The position numbers and the translations under genes are program-made. Below the pieces are notes generated by a model that saw only the letters and a program-made list of their open reading frames with translations, made no database searches and had not been told where the DNA came from. A stretch of 64,000 nucleotides of DNA from a virus, in IMG/VR virus record IMGVR_UViG_3300029286_002355, positions 1-64,000 of that record; one strand, given 5' to 3'. Of the stretch, positions 55,525 to 64,000 are shown piece by piece. The stretch's first letter is position 1. Every line of letters starts with the position of its first letter.

Positions 55525-56677
55525 TTATTTAATAAGGCAAGATAAATCTTCTGTTAACAAAAGTTTTTCTGCCACCAACTTTTCTAGCTCTTCGTCATTG
55601 CATCTTCTAATTTCGTTTTCCCAAACATAAACCACAAAATATCCCATTTTTTCTGCCATGTTCTTTTTTTTCAAATCCCTATTCCATAGTTCTTGTGCTA
55701 ATATTTTATTACCAAACGGAAACGGCAACATATCATTATGCTTGTATTTGTCGGGATTGGCATGATAAAAGTCTCCGTTCACCTCCAACAAAATCTTGCC
55801 AATCCTAAAATCAAACTGCTTAAATTTCAAATAAAAAGAATGAGTATATTCTAGCCCCCATTTTAATAATATGTTGTTTACTCTACCCTCTATGCTCGAT
55901 ACCGTTACGTGGTGCAATCTTGACAAAATTTTGCTTTTTTCTTCATCTGATAGTTTTTCCCATCTACGCTTACATCCATCACTGAATTCATTTCTTTTCT
56001 TCGGGCAATTCTTTCCAGTATTTTTTAACAACTTCACTTTTTTCTTTTCTTTTCTTTTTCGTCTGACAAGGCCAATCGGTCCCATAATTTTTCCTTGAGG
56101 TCGCCACTCGTTTCTTTTCTATATCTCCCCATTTTTCATCGTTAAATTTCAATCGTGCTTCTGATATTTTTTCTGGATTACAAACCCTTTTTACACCATA
56201 TCTTCCCATAATTGTTGAGGTTATTTTTTCTTTTATTACTTCTATCTGAAATACATTATTTACGCCATATCTTTCTTGAACGGTTTTGTTTCTTTTGTCA
56301 TAAGCATCTGTTCCCCTACTCAACACGTTTATTTTCCCATATTTTTTTAAGCAAGTAGTTTCAAATTTTTTCTTTCGTTGTGGTAAACTGGAACTAACTT
56401 TAATACTTCTAGTCTCGAAGCCATAATATTTTAAAAGGAAAATTGTTTCTTTGAACCATAATCCAAATTCGTTTTTTATGTCTGGTAAACTTTTTTGTTT
56501 TACCACGTATTCTTCTTCTAGCTTTTCTTTGGTCGCTATAAGTGGGAAATTATATGCCAAGAAACTTGCTTTTATATCATTTTTGCCAAGATCTCCCCTG
56601 CTTTCGCACTTATATATGTGATGGCCCTTTATTTCCCCAAATGATAATTCTTTATAACAAAATGGACATTTTCTCAT
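55525..56677 (-). pseudogene. Vsr-like (EDxHD) homing endonuclease split by a +1 frameshift near 55990
   Basis: ORF 55988-56677 (KYG/RYG repeats) continues in ORF 55525-56085 (SSIE..FDF..LEVNGDFYH) if one base is removed from AAG AAA TGA. Confidence 0.75.
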
Positions 56678-56724
56678 TTTTTATCCCCAAGACAAACATG
56701 ACCCACTCATATTTGTCGTGTATA

Positions 56725-57441
56725 TTAGTTCGATAGAAAAACAGAATCTCCTTCTTTTAATTCTTTTACTTTTCTATAGCACTTAAATTCTGGTAGCCAT
56801 ACATAATGTTCGCTTGTTAGTTTAATGGTTTTCCCGTTTTCTAGTTCTATTTCAAACCAATCGTCATTATTGTTTTTAATAGAAAACGCAAGAACATCAG
56901 CCCAAACAGTTTCCCCTGTATCGGTATCATACGCCAATATCTCTACCTTTTTTTTAGCCTCGCATATTTCTTTTATTGTTTTGTCACCGTCACGAGTTGT
57001 TATGAGCACATCTTCGGAACAACACCCATCTAGCTTGTTTTGAATCAACGCATCATTGAGACAAAGCTTCCATGTTCTAGGTTCATCAAAACTAGCTTCA
57101 CGTTGATTCCCTGAAAGCTTATCCTTTTCTTCGATCCCTTCTGCAAAATTATAAAAACGAACGAAGGACATTGCCATAACTTCCCAAGTTCCTTTGCGCA
57201 GGATTAGTCCACGGCATTCATCGCAGATTGGATTGAACTTAGGGCTATCAATTTGCGAGTAATTTAGTGTTACTCTGTCGGGATATTCTTTGACTTCAAT
57301 ATGGAATTCGTCTTGGAGTTTTTGAAGACCGTTTTTTATTAGATATTCTTGGACGTTAAGCATAGTATCCTTAAATTTCTTTCTTGCATCCTGAACAATT
57401 AGTTGACCTGATCGTGCAATAACAACCCTTATTTTTATCAA
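56725..57441 (-). CDS. N-terminal half of an Rnl1-type RNA ligase plus split intein N-fragment
   Basis: ECRGLI, RFYNF, motif I NKLDG then C1 CSEDVLITTRDG..LTSEHYVW..ELKEGD. Confidence 0.9.
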   Translation of the reverse strand: MIKIRVVIARSGQLIVQDARKKFKDTMLNVQEYLIKNGLQKLQDEFHIEVKEYPDRVTLNYSQIDSPKFNPICDECRGLILRKGTWEVMAMSFVRFYNFAEGIEEKDKLSGNQREASFDEPRTWKLCLNDALIQNKLDGCCSEDVLITTRDGDKTIKEICEAKKKVEILAYDTDTGETVWADVLAFSIKNNNDDWFEIELENGKTIKLTSEHYVWLPEFKCYRKVKELKEGDSVFLSN

Positions 57442-57571
57442 ACAACTTTTTGGCCTTTTTTACAGCCGATACACTATTGCGAGCTTCAACTTCATAAGTT
57501 GCGCTATCGTTATGATCGTACCCATTATATCCTTCGTATGAATAGTCAAATTGTATTTTGTATCTTTTCAC
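57371..57571 (-). CDS. hypothetical protein
   Basis: ORF with AGAAGG SD; overlaps the annotated ligase start, whose real start may be internal. Confidence 0.55.
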   Translation of the reverse strand: MKRYKIQFDYSYEGYNGYDHNDSATYEVEARNSVSAVKKAKKLFDKNKGCYCTIRSTNCSGCKKEI

Positions 57572-57590
57572 GTTGCCTTCTTAGTCTTTC

Positions 57591-57884
57591 TTACATTCTA
57601 TCTTCGGTATAGATACATGGGTTTTTACCAAGAGCATCTCTCCACCCCTTTCGCATAAGCTTGAAATGTTTCTTCTTTTGTGCCATATATTTCTTTTTGG
57701 CTTCCTCTCCGTGTCGCCATATATCTTCGATTTCTTGGGCCAACTGAGGAATTCTACCAAAACCATGCTCCTTACAAAGCAGCAATAGGTCAATAAGAAC
57801 ATTCTTTTCTCGGTAATAGCCTACAGTTTCCTTCGGCCAAACATTAATACAATCCAGATCTTCTACTTTTGGTGTTTTGTGCAT
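57591..57884 (-). CDS. hypothetical protein
   Basis: ORF with SD. Confidence 0.65.
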   Translation of the reverse strand: MHKTPKVEDLDCINVWPKETVGYYREKNVLIDLLLLCKEHGFGRIPQLAQEIEDIWRHGEEAKKKYMAQKKKHFKLMRKGWRDALGKNPCIYTEDRM

Positions 57885-57899
57885 TTTCGTTCCTTTCTT

Positions 57900-58151
57900 T
57901 TATGCCACTTTCTCTCTGAGTTTTTCTATTGGTTTTACTCCTGCCATTTTTGCCACTTTCTCTTCGGCTTCTTTTTTCTCGTTATATTTGTCCATTGCTG
58001 TCTCAAATTCATCCATGCTCCACCCATTCTCTTCTCTTGTTTTCGACCATTCCACAAGTAGATTGAAAGTTTTAACCCTGTATCTGCCCCAAGCCTCGTC
58101 AAATAGACGTTTCATGGTTTCAAAATCCGCCTGAACAGGTTTCTTTTTCAT
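57900..58151 (-). CDS. hypothetical protein
   Basis: Start moved to MKKKPVQ. Confidence 0.6.
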   Translation of the reverse strand: MKKKPVQADFETMKRLFDEAWGRYRVKTFNLLVEWSKTREENGWSMDEFETAMDKYNEKKEAEEKVAKMAGVKPIEKLREKVA

Positions 58152-58161
58152 ATTTATCCTT

Positions 58162-58536
58162 TCATTCCAAACAAGTGATGGAGTCAGCAACGTAAGTTCC
58201 TTCTGGTGCAAGATTTAAAAGACTGCTGATACCTGTTATTTCCCAAGAATATTTTATATCTTCTCTCATTGCGGCAACATATTTTTTCTTTTTTGGATTT
58301 TTAGCAATGCACTTCACAATTATACAATCGCTACAACTAGCCCTATCGAAACAAACAGCATCGGCATATTTTTTAAAAAAGAACAGTTTTGATCCAGTTA
58401 GTGTTGGGAACATTTCGACATTAACTGGATAGGTTATAGCGAACTCGTTTTTACCACTCCAATCGCTGATAGAACGTCTATTCTTTCTAAGTAAAACTTT
58501 CCACCCTTCGCACATCTTTGCCTTTTGTTTTTTCAT
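58162..58536 (-). CDS. paralog family member 3 (unknown function)
   Basis: Same motifs as 47730-48068. Confidence 0.7.
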   Translation of the reverse strand: MKKQKAKMCEGWKVLLRKNRRSISDWSGKNEFAITYPVNVEMFPTLTGSKLFFFKKYADAVCFDRASCSDCIIVKCIAKNPKKKKYVAAMREDIKYSWEITGISSLLNLAPEGTYVADSITCLE

Positions 58537-58693
58537 TCTGGCTTCCCTTCTGCTTTTTCTGCTTGTTCTAATATCCCCAAAACAATTCGTTTAACATACG
58601 CTTCTGATAGCACTCTTTGCTGACTTATAGAAAAGGCAAAGAGATCAAACACCTTCTTTGTTATATCGTAGGCAATTTTATCTTTATTTTTCA

Positions 58694-59671
58694 TTATCTC
58701 CTTACTTTAGCCAGATATTTCTTCCCATCCTCTGTAAGAATTCGGCCCTTTGTTGTGCTCCGAATCATTCCCAGTTCTCTAGGACGAACTTCAATTTCCG
58801 ACTCAATGTTTTCTTCGTTAACCATCATTTTGAAAGCAATGTTGGCGCAGGAAATTGGCTGCTCATTTTCAATTATACCTAAAAGATCAACTTCCTGACG
58901 ATTTAATCCTTTCGGGAAAATACCCAATATGTTTTTCAATTCTCGCCAATGATTTTCTGTCAGAACCATAGCTGCTTGTCTTGTAAAATATCGTGTATTT
59001 TTGAAATAACGCTTAATATCATCGGCCAACATATAAGCGTCTCTTCCTCTGCCTCTACAAGCATCAGACAAATCTTCTGTATTGCAAGTTATCTTTACGT
59101 TCGGACAATAGAGTGCTAGCATTTTCAGCAATTCTGCATTACTGTATGCATTAAAATAAACTCTCTTGCAACGATCCAACAGTGGTTTAAACATTTTGAA
59201 AGCATCCGTAGTGGCGAAAACCATATTGATCTTACTTTTGTCATAGTTGATAGCCGAATCCCCGGACAGGATAGTTCTAATATTTTTTGTCCCTGTATCC
59301 AGAAGCGTCAATAATACAGTGGTAATGTCTTTGCTTAACCGATGGGCTTCATCCATGAGAATACTTACTGGAGTTTCACCAAGAACTCTTTCAATTAAAA
59401 TCTTGGAGAAAAACTCATCAACGGTTTCAATAGAGCCGCAATTGACTTCCACAAACCTACGCTGCAGGCTCAGAGCAACTTTAGAGGCAATCAGGGTTTT
59501 ACCTAATCCGTGAGAACCCGTAAATAAGAGCGTAGGGACGTTGATTTCCTCATCATGAGTAAGATATAGGTCAAGCTTGTTACGAACTTCCATTTGACCA
59601 ATTACACCAGAGAAGTCAAGACAAGTGGGCTTTTCCACCGCATTCCCGCTAATCAAGTTAATCGTTTTCAT
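58694..59671 (-). CDS. ruvB: RuvB-like AAA+ branch-migration ATPase
   Basis: VIGQ, GSHGLGKT, MDEAHRL, ATT, L.DR, GRGR, GLNRQE..LL, RTTKGR. Confidence 0.8.
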   Translation of the reverse strand: MKTINLISGNAVEKPTCLDFSGVIGQMEVRNKLDLYLTHDEEINVPTLLFTGSHGLGKTLIASKVALSLQRRFVEVNCGSIETVDEFFSKILIERVLGETPVSILMDEAHRLSKDITTVLLTLLDTGTKNIRTILSGDSAINYDKSKINMVFATTDAFKMFKPLLDRCKRVYFNAYSNAELLKMLALYCPNVKITCNTEDLSDACRGRGRDAYMLADDIKRYFKNTRYFTRQAAMVLTENHWRELKNILGIFPKGLNRQEVDLLGIIENEQPISCANIAFKMMVNEENIESEIEVRPRELGMIRSTTKGRILTEDGKKYLAKVRR

Positions 59672-59697
59672 GTCATCCTTTCTTATTCTTTAAGGAT

Positions 59698-59726
59698 ACT
59701 ATAACAGAAAGACGGTTAATTGTCAA
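59698..59726 (-). promoter_or_regulatory. sigma70-type promoter
   Basis: TTGACA-N17-TATAGT, TTCTGT before the -10. Confidence 0.7.
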
Positions 59727-59735
59727 GCCCTTTTA

Positions 59736-60722
59736 TTAGCCTTTTTTCTTCTTCTTTATTTTCGCCTTTTTCTTCTTTTTAGGAGGCCCGAATTTAAAAT
59801 GACGATCCTGAACTTGGAAAGGCAATTGCAAAATACCTTCCCCATGTTTTATTTTTATCATTAGCTTCTTTTTGAGATTGGCAAGAGCTTTTTCCCTGAT
59901 TTGTCGAATTCTTTCTCCTGTAATTCCATATTTTTTACCAAGGGTTGATAGTTTTGTTTTGTCGGCATCGAGACATTGAGAAATAACCACATCCCTGCTT
60001 ATCTCGTCCAGTTCATCCAGAATTTCATAAAGATAATTATAGTCTCCAAGTGATTTTGCGTTACCATCGGGAGAAACAGTTTTTTCGTCAGCAATGAAAT
60101 CCCCGAAAGAAGCGGCATTTTCCTCTTCACCATTTCCGATAGGCTGGTTCATAGAAATCGATGAGATATGAGCCTGTCGTATCTTGTCAACAGCTTTTGA
60201 AGTAATTTCAAGTTCTTCCTTGAGTTCATCGTTAGTGACATCGATTCCGTCATTTTCTTCTACCATCTTTTTATGTTTGATAACCCCATTGACAACATGA
60301 ATGGGTATCTTGACAGGAGCCGAATGATAGATCAACTCTTTTATTCTTTGTTGAATCCACTGAGTTGCGTAAGTTGAAAAACGGGTTTTAAACTTAGGAT
60401 CGAACATAAGTGCCGCTTTTACCAAGCCAGATTTTGCCGCAGAATAGAGTTCTCCGACATCAGTAGAACAACGGTGAGAGTAATAAAAAGCTTGTTTAGC
60501 AGCCCATCGAAGATTGTGTTTAACTAGTTCCTCAATAGCTTTTTCTCTTTGCTTACCACCCTTGAAGGAACGGATGGTGCGGATAAGCTCTTTTTCTCGT
60601 TTAACGGTCAAAAGAGGTATCCCCTTAACTTCTTCGATAAAATTCATAGAACTGTTCAACATATTACCTATTCCTTTCTTGGGCGCACAACGTATCATGA
60701 ATAGATGATGAATGTCAAGCAT
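59736..60722 (-). CDS. sigma70-family RNA polymerase sigma factor
   Basis: LVKHNLRW, GLVKAALMFDP..RFSTYATQWI (region 2), ISSISMNQPI (3), LGKKYGITGERIRQI (4.2). Confidence 0.9.
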   Translation of the reverse strand: MLDIHHLFMIRCAPKKGIGNMLNSSMNFIEEVKGIPLLTVKREKELIRTIRSFKGGKQREKAIEELVKHNLRWAAKQAFYYSHRCSTDVGELYSAAKSGLVKAALMFDPKFKTRFSTYATQWIQQRIKELIYHSAPVKIPIHVVNGVIKHKKMVEENDGIDVTNDELKEELEITSKAVDKIRQAHISSISMNQPIGNGEEENAASFGDFIADEKTVSPDGNAKSLGDYNYLYEILDELDEISRDVVISQCLDADKTKLSTLGKKYGITGERIRQIREKALANLKKKLMIKIKHGEGILQLPFQVQDRHFKFGPPKKKKKAKIKKKKKG

Positions 60723-60735
60723 TATTTACAATTTT

Positions 60736-61623
60736 TTATAACAGTACGGCTCCTGTATATTTCCAATCATACCCGATGGTTCCGTCAGGGTAGAAAATAA
60801 TTTGGCGCATGTTCTCACTCGTATCGTTAGTTGTCAAGCAATTACTCAGGCAAAGATTCTGCCCCCTAAAATCATAGACTGTTGCACCATGAGCCAGATG
60901 CAATATGGGTTTCCCAACCGATTCAACGTGATGAATAATTGCTCTCTTTTTCAATTCCGGCAAGGTATGTAAGTCTACCCATTGCGCTACTTTACTGTTA
61001 TCTTCAACTCTTACAATCGGACGCAAAGTAAGTTGCTTGATTTTGTTTTCTATGCAAAAATTCACAACGTCATCAATGTCCCCGCAATTTGAAACAAAAC
61101 CATTCAGCATCATAATCGAGAGGCGAACAGTAAACCCCTTATCTATCAGAATTTTTGCGGTTGTCTTGATGTCAGGATATTTGTCTCCATAAATCTTCTT
61201 ATTGGCTGTTTGATGAACACTGACAGCAGACAAAGCCACGGTTGTCAAGCCTAGTTTGTACCAATCGGCCAAGTAGTCAAAAGAGTAGTCAACTGTTTCT
61301 TCATTTAAATCTCCTTTGAGTTCACCATTGCCAATTTGCATACCGTTGGTTTGGAGTTCGATGAATGGGAATTTAAATCCACTATCCCTGATGATACTAA
61401 GATAGCTTGAAATCAAACTGGGATACAAAGTGGGTTCTCCTTTCCCTGTAAATAGGATTGTCGTTGCATCTGCTCTGTCTGCCAACGAAAGGGCTACATT
61501 GAAGTTACGCCAGTTGACTTTGGTTGAAAGTTTATGCTTGGGCGTTTGTTTGGACACACAAAACGGACATGTGGCATTACAAGCGTTAGTTCCAACCACA
61601 ACCGACATTGTTTGAATCTTCAT
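60736..61623 (-). CDS. radical SAM protein
   Basis: CNATCPFC, FTGKGEP, LQTNG. Confidence 0.88.
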   Translation of the reverse strand: MKIQTMSVVVGTNACNATCPFCVSKQTPKHKLSTKVNWRNFNVALSLADRADATTILFTGKGEPTLYPSLISSYLSIIRDSGFKFPFIELQTNGMQIGNGELKGDLNEETVDYSFDYLADWYKLGLTTVALSAVSVHQTANKKIYGDKYPDIKTTAKILIDKGFTVRLSIMMLNGFVSNCGDIDDVVNFCIENKIKQLTLRPIVRVEDNSKVAQWVDLHTLPELKKRAIIHHVESVGKPILHLAHGATVYDFRGQNLCLSNCLTTNDTSENMRQIIFYPDGTIGYDWKYTGAVLL

Positions 61624-61653
61624 AATAGATACTCCTTTCCTATTGTTCTAAGC

Positions 61654-61682
61654 ATACTACTAGAAGAAGGAATAAATGTCAA
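61654..61682 (-). promoter_or_regulatory. sigma70-type promoter (weak -10)
   Basis: TTGACA-N17-TAGTAT. Confidence 0.45.
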
Positions 61683-61690
61683 GAGGAAAT

Positions 61691-61900
61691 TTAATCTATT
61701 TCTAGGCTTCTGATAGGGCCTAATTCTTCAAAATTTATGTCGGGCGTTTCCATCTTTTCAAAATTAGAAGAAATCGACACAGTTTTTATCATATCTGGTT
61801 TCATCAGTGCTTTACCAGCGACAATGGTATCATAATATCCCTTGCCATAAAGCTGATCAATTGCTTTTTTATAATCTAGTTCTTGTTCGTCTTTAGTCAT
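61691..61900 (-). CDS. hypothetical protein
   Basis: ORF with ATGA overlap. Confidence 0.55.
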   Translation of the reverse strand: MTKDEQELDYKKAIDQLYGKGYYDTIVAGKALMKPDMIKTVSISSNFEKMETPDINFEELGPIRSLEID

Positions 61901-62151
61901 ATTTCCAAGCTCCCAATGGTATTAAATTCCACTGCTGGTTCGTTATTGTTCGTTAAAGAATTTTCTTTTTTAGACCCGTCATCAGATAAGTTTTTCCCCA
62001 TAAGTTTCTCAATGTCTGTTCGCTCTAGTATCCCGATAAGAAATTTCAGTTCATCCTTATTTTTACATAACACTTTAATATCGGCCAATATAACAGGAGA
62101 AAAATCGTTGCTTCGATACAAATTTTCTATACTACTAATTTTCGCTTCCAT
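61897..62151 (-). CDS. hypothetical protein
   Basis: ORF in gene train. Confidence 0.55.
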   Translation of the reverse strand: MEAKISSIENLYRSNDFSPVILADIKVLCKNKDELKFLIGILERTDIEKLMGKNLSDDGSKKENSLTNNNEPAVEFNTIGSLEI

Positions 62152-62752
62152 CTTTCTCCGAAAATATATCAGGTTTTGAATTCATGTGATCTATTATTTC
62201 TTTCCAAGACCAAGGGAAAAATCTCTTATGGGTTTCAGTTTCCATGTCCACTCCTACATCCGTTGATTTATGAAGATCAGGAAGATTTGAATGAGAGTGT
62301 CCATATAAATGTATGCTGCCCTTAAATGCACTGGGCCAGCTTCTAAGAGCATAATGTCCCACAAAAACTCTTTGGCCTTCTATTTCCAACATTTTGTAAA
62401 TAGAAAAAGTAGGATCTTGAATAGCTAATTCTCCACCCATTATCTGCAATTTACCGGACTTAATCATATCCCTTAACAAACCCCTTGCGTAAGCCTGTCG
62501 TAGAGGTTTGTCGTGATTGCCCAAAAAAATTGTATGTTTACCGTTTAGTTGTTTAAGGAAATCGGCAACATAAAAAGGCGAACATTTATAGCCGACATCT
62601 CCAAGATTAGTAGTTTCATCGGCATCGGTAACAATTGAATTGTGATTAGAAACAATCGTTTTGTCTTGATCCTGAATATACTTAAATGGTCTATTGCATA
62701 GGAAAAGAATATTCGAATGACCGGCGTGATAATCTGAAGTAAAATAGTGCAT
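62135..62752 (-). CDS. phage-type calcineurin-like phosphoesterase
   Basis: FTSDYH.GH, LGD, GNHD, HY, GHSH, DVGVD. Confidence 0.85.
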   Translation of the reverse strand: MHYFTSDYHAGHSNILFLCNRPFKYIQDQDKTIVSNHNSIVTDADETTNLGDVGYKCSPFYVADFLKQLNGKHTIFLGNHDKPLRQAYARGLLRDMIKSGKLQIMGGELAIQDPTFSIYKMLEIEGQRVFVGHYALRSWPSAFKGSIHLYGHSHSNLPDLHKSTDVGVDMETETHKRFFPWSWKEIIDHMNSKPDIFSEKDGSEN

Positions 62753-62754
62753 AT

Positions 62755-63378
62755 TTAATAAAGTTTCCCATCTTTTCTAGCTAATTGGCCCAGATACCCT
62801 GAATGGTGATATTTTCCATATTCTTCTCTTGTTAGCCCTTTCTCTTCTGATGCAATAAGAGCTAAGGCATCGGTTAAGCACTGTATAACCAAAATAGAAG
62901 TTGTTGGGGCAAGTTTAAGTTCCCCTGCTTCTTCAATTTCTCCCATATCAATTACAAAATCAGCTTTTTCTCTTACAGGGCTATCGGGATGAGAAGTTAT
63001 ACCAATAATATATTTAACATTAACATTTCTAGCCAAATCCATTATCTCCATGACTTCTCTTGTTTTACCCGAAGTAGAAGCCACAAATAGAATATCTTTA
63101 GATCCAACAAGTCCTAGATCACCATGAGAAGCTTCGCCGGGGTGGAGATAACAAGAAGGCATACCCAACGAACAAAGGGTAGAAGAAAACTTTTGCATGG
63201 CTATACCGGCTTTTCCCATGCCTGTGGTAATTATTTTTCCCTTGCAAGTTTTAAGGAGATCAACAACCCTAAGAAAATTATTGTCGGCACTTAAACGTTC
63301 TATGGTTGCTGAAAACTGTTTAAATATTTGATTTGCCTTTTTGATTCTTTCGTTGCTTTTTCTTTTCATTTTTTGCAT
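62755..63378 (-). CDS. SIS-domain sugar-phosphate isomerase (KdsD/GutQ-like, no CBS)
   Basis: TGMGKAG, HPGEASHGDLG, SGKTRE, LAPTTS, HHSGYLG. Confidence 0.85.
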   Translation of the reverse strand: MQKMKRKSNERIKKANQIFKQFSATIERLSADNNFLRVVDLLKTCKGKIITTGMGKAGIAMQKFSSTLCSLGMPSCYLHPGEASHGDLGLVGSKDILFVASTSGKTREVMEIMDLARNVNVKYIIGITSHPDSPVREKADFVIDMGEIEEAGELKLAPTTSILVIQCLTDALALIASEEKGLTREEYGKYHHSGYLGQLARKDGKLY

Positions 63379-63883
63379 CCTTTGTCTCTTTCAAGTCTTT
63401 TGATCGCTCTGGGTTTTCTATTGATTGCGAATTTGGCGTAGCGGGGATAAAGAATGGCCCTCTTATAACAACATCGGAAGAATCGGAAGAATCGGATTGA
63501 TTTTTTTCCACAATATCTTCCATTATCTTATGCAAAATGTCCTGAATAGCATTTGGGTATTGGGAGCTTTTAGAACTATCTTTTTCTACTTGACTATTCT
63601 TAAGTACCAACTCCAACGATTCATCAAAAGACTTGTTCTTATTTTCATGTGGGATGGGGCCATTTCGCATAATAACTAATTGTTGAAGTTCTTCGATAGT
63701 ACATTCTCCATTTTGAATCATCCGCTTGAAAAAGTTAAATTTTTGAGCTATAGCTTTTTGAATAGATACAGCTTCGTCTATATCACCGGGGACAAAAGCA
63801 AGTCCACTGGTCGCTTCGTAGTTTGCCAACTGGAATAGAAGTTGATCCATCATCATTACTTCTCTTAGTGAATATCTTCTCAT
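63320..63883 (-). CDS. hypothetical protein
   Basis: 187-aa ORF in gene train. Confidence 0.6.
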   Translation of the reverse strand: MRRYSLREVMMMDQLLFQLANYEATSGLAFVPGDIDEAVSIQKAIAQKFNFFKRMIQNGECTIEELQQLVIMRNGPIPHENKNKSFDESLELVLKNSQVEKDSSKSSQYPNAIQDILHKIMEDIVEKNQSDSSDSSDVVIRGPFFIPATPNSQSIENPERSKDLKETKDAKNEKKKQRKNQKGKSNI

Positions 63884-64000
63884 ATTTTGTTACTTCTTAA
63901 TTTGGCTGTCTTTCCCCTAGTTTTTTTTCAATATATTTAGAATCTCGAATAATTTAAATCGGCACATTTTCGGAATATGCAGCACCGTTGGGAATATGCA

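Noticed and set aside
55525-56677. Group I intron interrupting the RNA ligase
   Set aside because: Both halves carry intein fragments with their own stop and start, and no intron core structure was recognised.
1-64000. Stop-codon reassignment, as in some large phages
   Set aside because: Long conserved enzymes are intact in the standard code and end at TAA, TAG or TGA; interruptions are explained by an IS, an intein or local frameshifts.
1-64000. tRNA or rRNA genes
   Set aside because: No cloverleaf with T-loop GTTCRA and no rRNA-like stretch was recognised; intergenic gaps are short. A tRNAscan run would confirm.

Overview
AT-rich, gene-dense segment with almost every gene on the minus strand, short or overlapping intergenic spaces and repeated sigma70-type promoters. 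It reads as the accessory/early region of a large (jumbo-type) bacteriophage in the standard genetic code. No structural genes, tRNAs or CRISPR arrays were seen. Main contents: (1) a stand-alone RAMP/Cas7-like gene (8454-8984) followed by two 60-nt arrays of twelve GGY-NN pentamers that bracket a small gene, which looks like a compact RNA-guided VIPR-type system and is the top finding; (2) an Rnl1-type RNA ligase broken into two genes by a naturally split intein, with a frameshifted Vsr-like homing endonuclease between the halves; (3) cofactor and nucleotide genes: coaB, coaC, a coaD-HD fusion, nadE, a nicotinamidase-like hydrolase, ppk2, a WGR-PARP and a NADAR; (4) a vWA/PP2C/kinase (TerY-P, YegLKI-like) set; (5) three RNA ligases; (6) a tandem cluster of prepilin-like genes next to an outer-membrane barrel gene; (7) four IS200/IS605 tnpB elements, one complete with tnpA and with a reconstructable empty site; (8) several free-standing endonucleases, a sigma factor, RuvB-like ATPase, PolX, DNA methylases and many small hypothetical genes. 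All family assignments come from motif recognition by eye; no database search was run.
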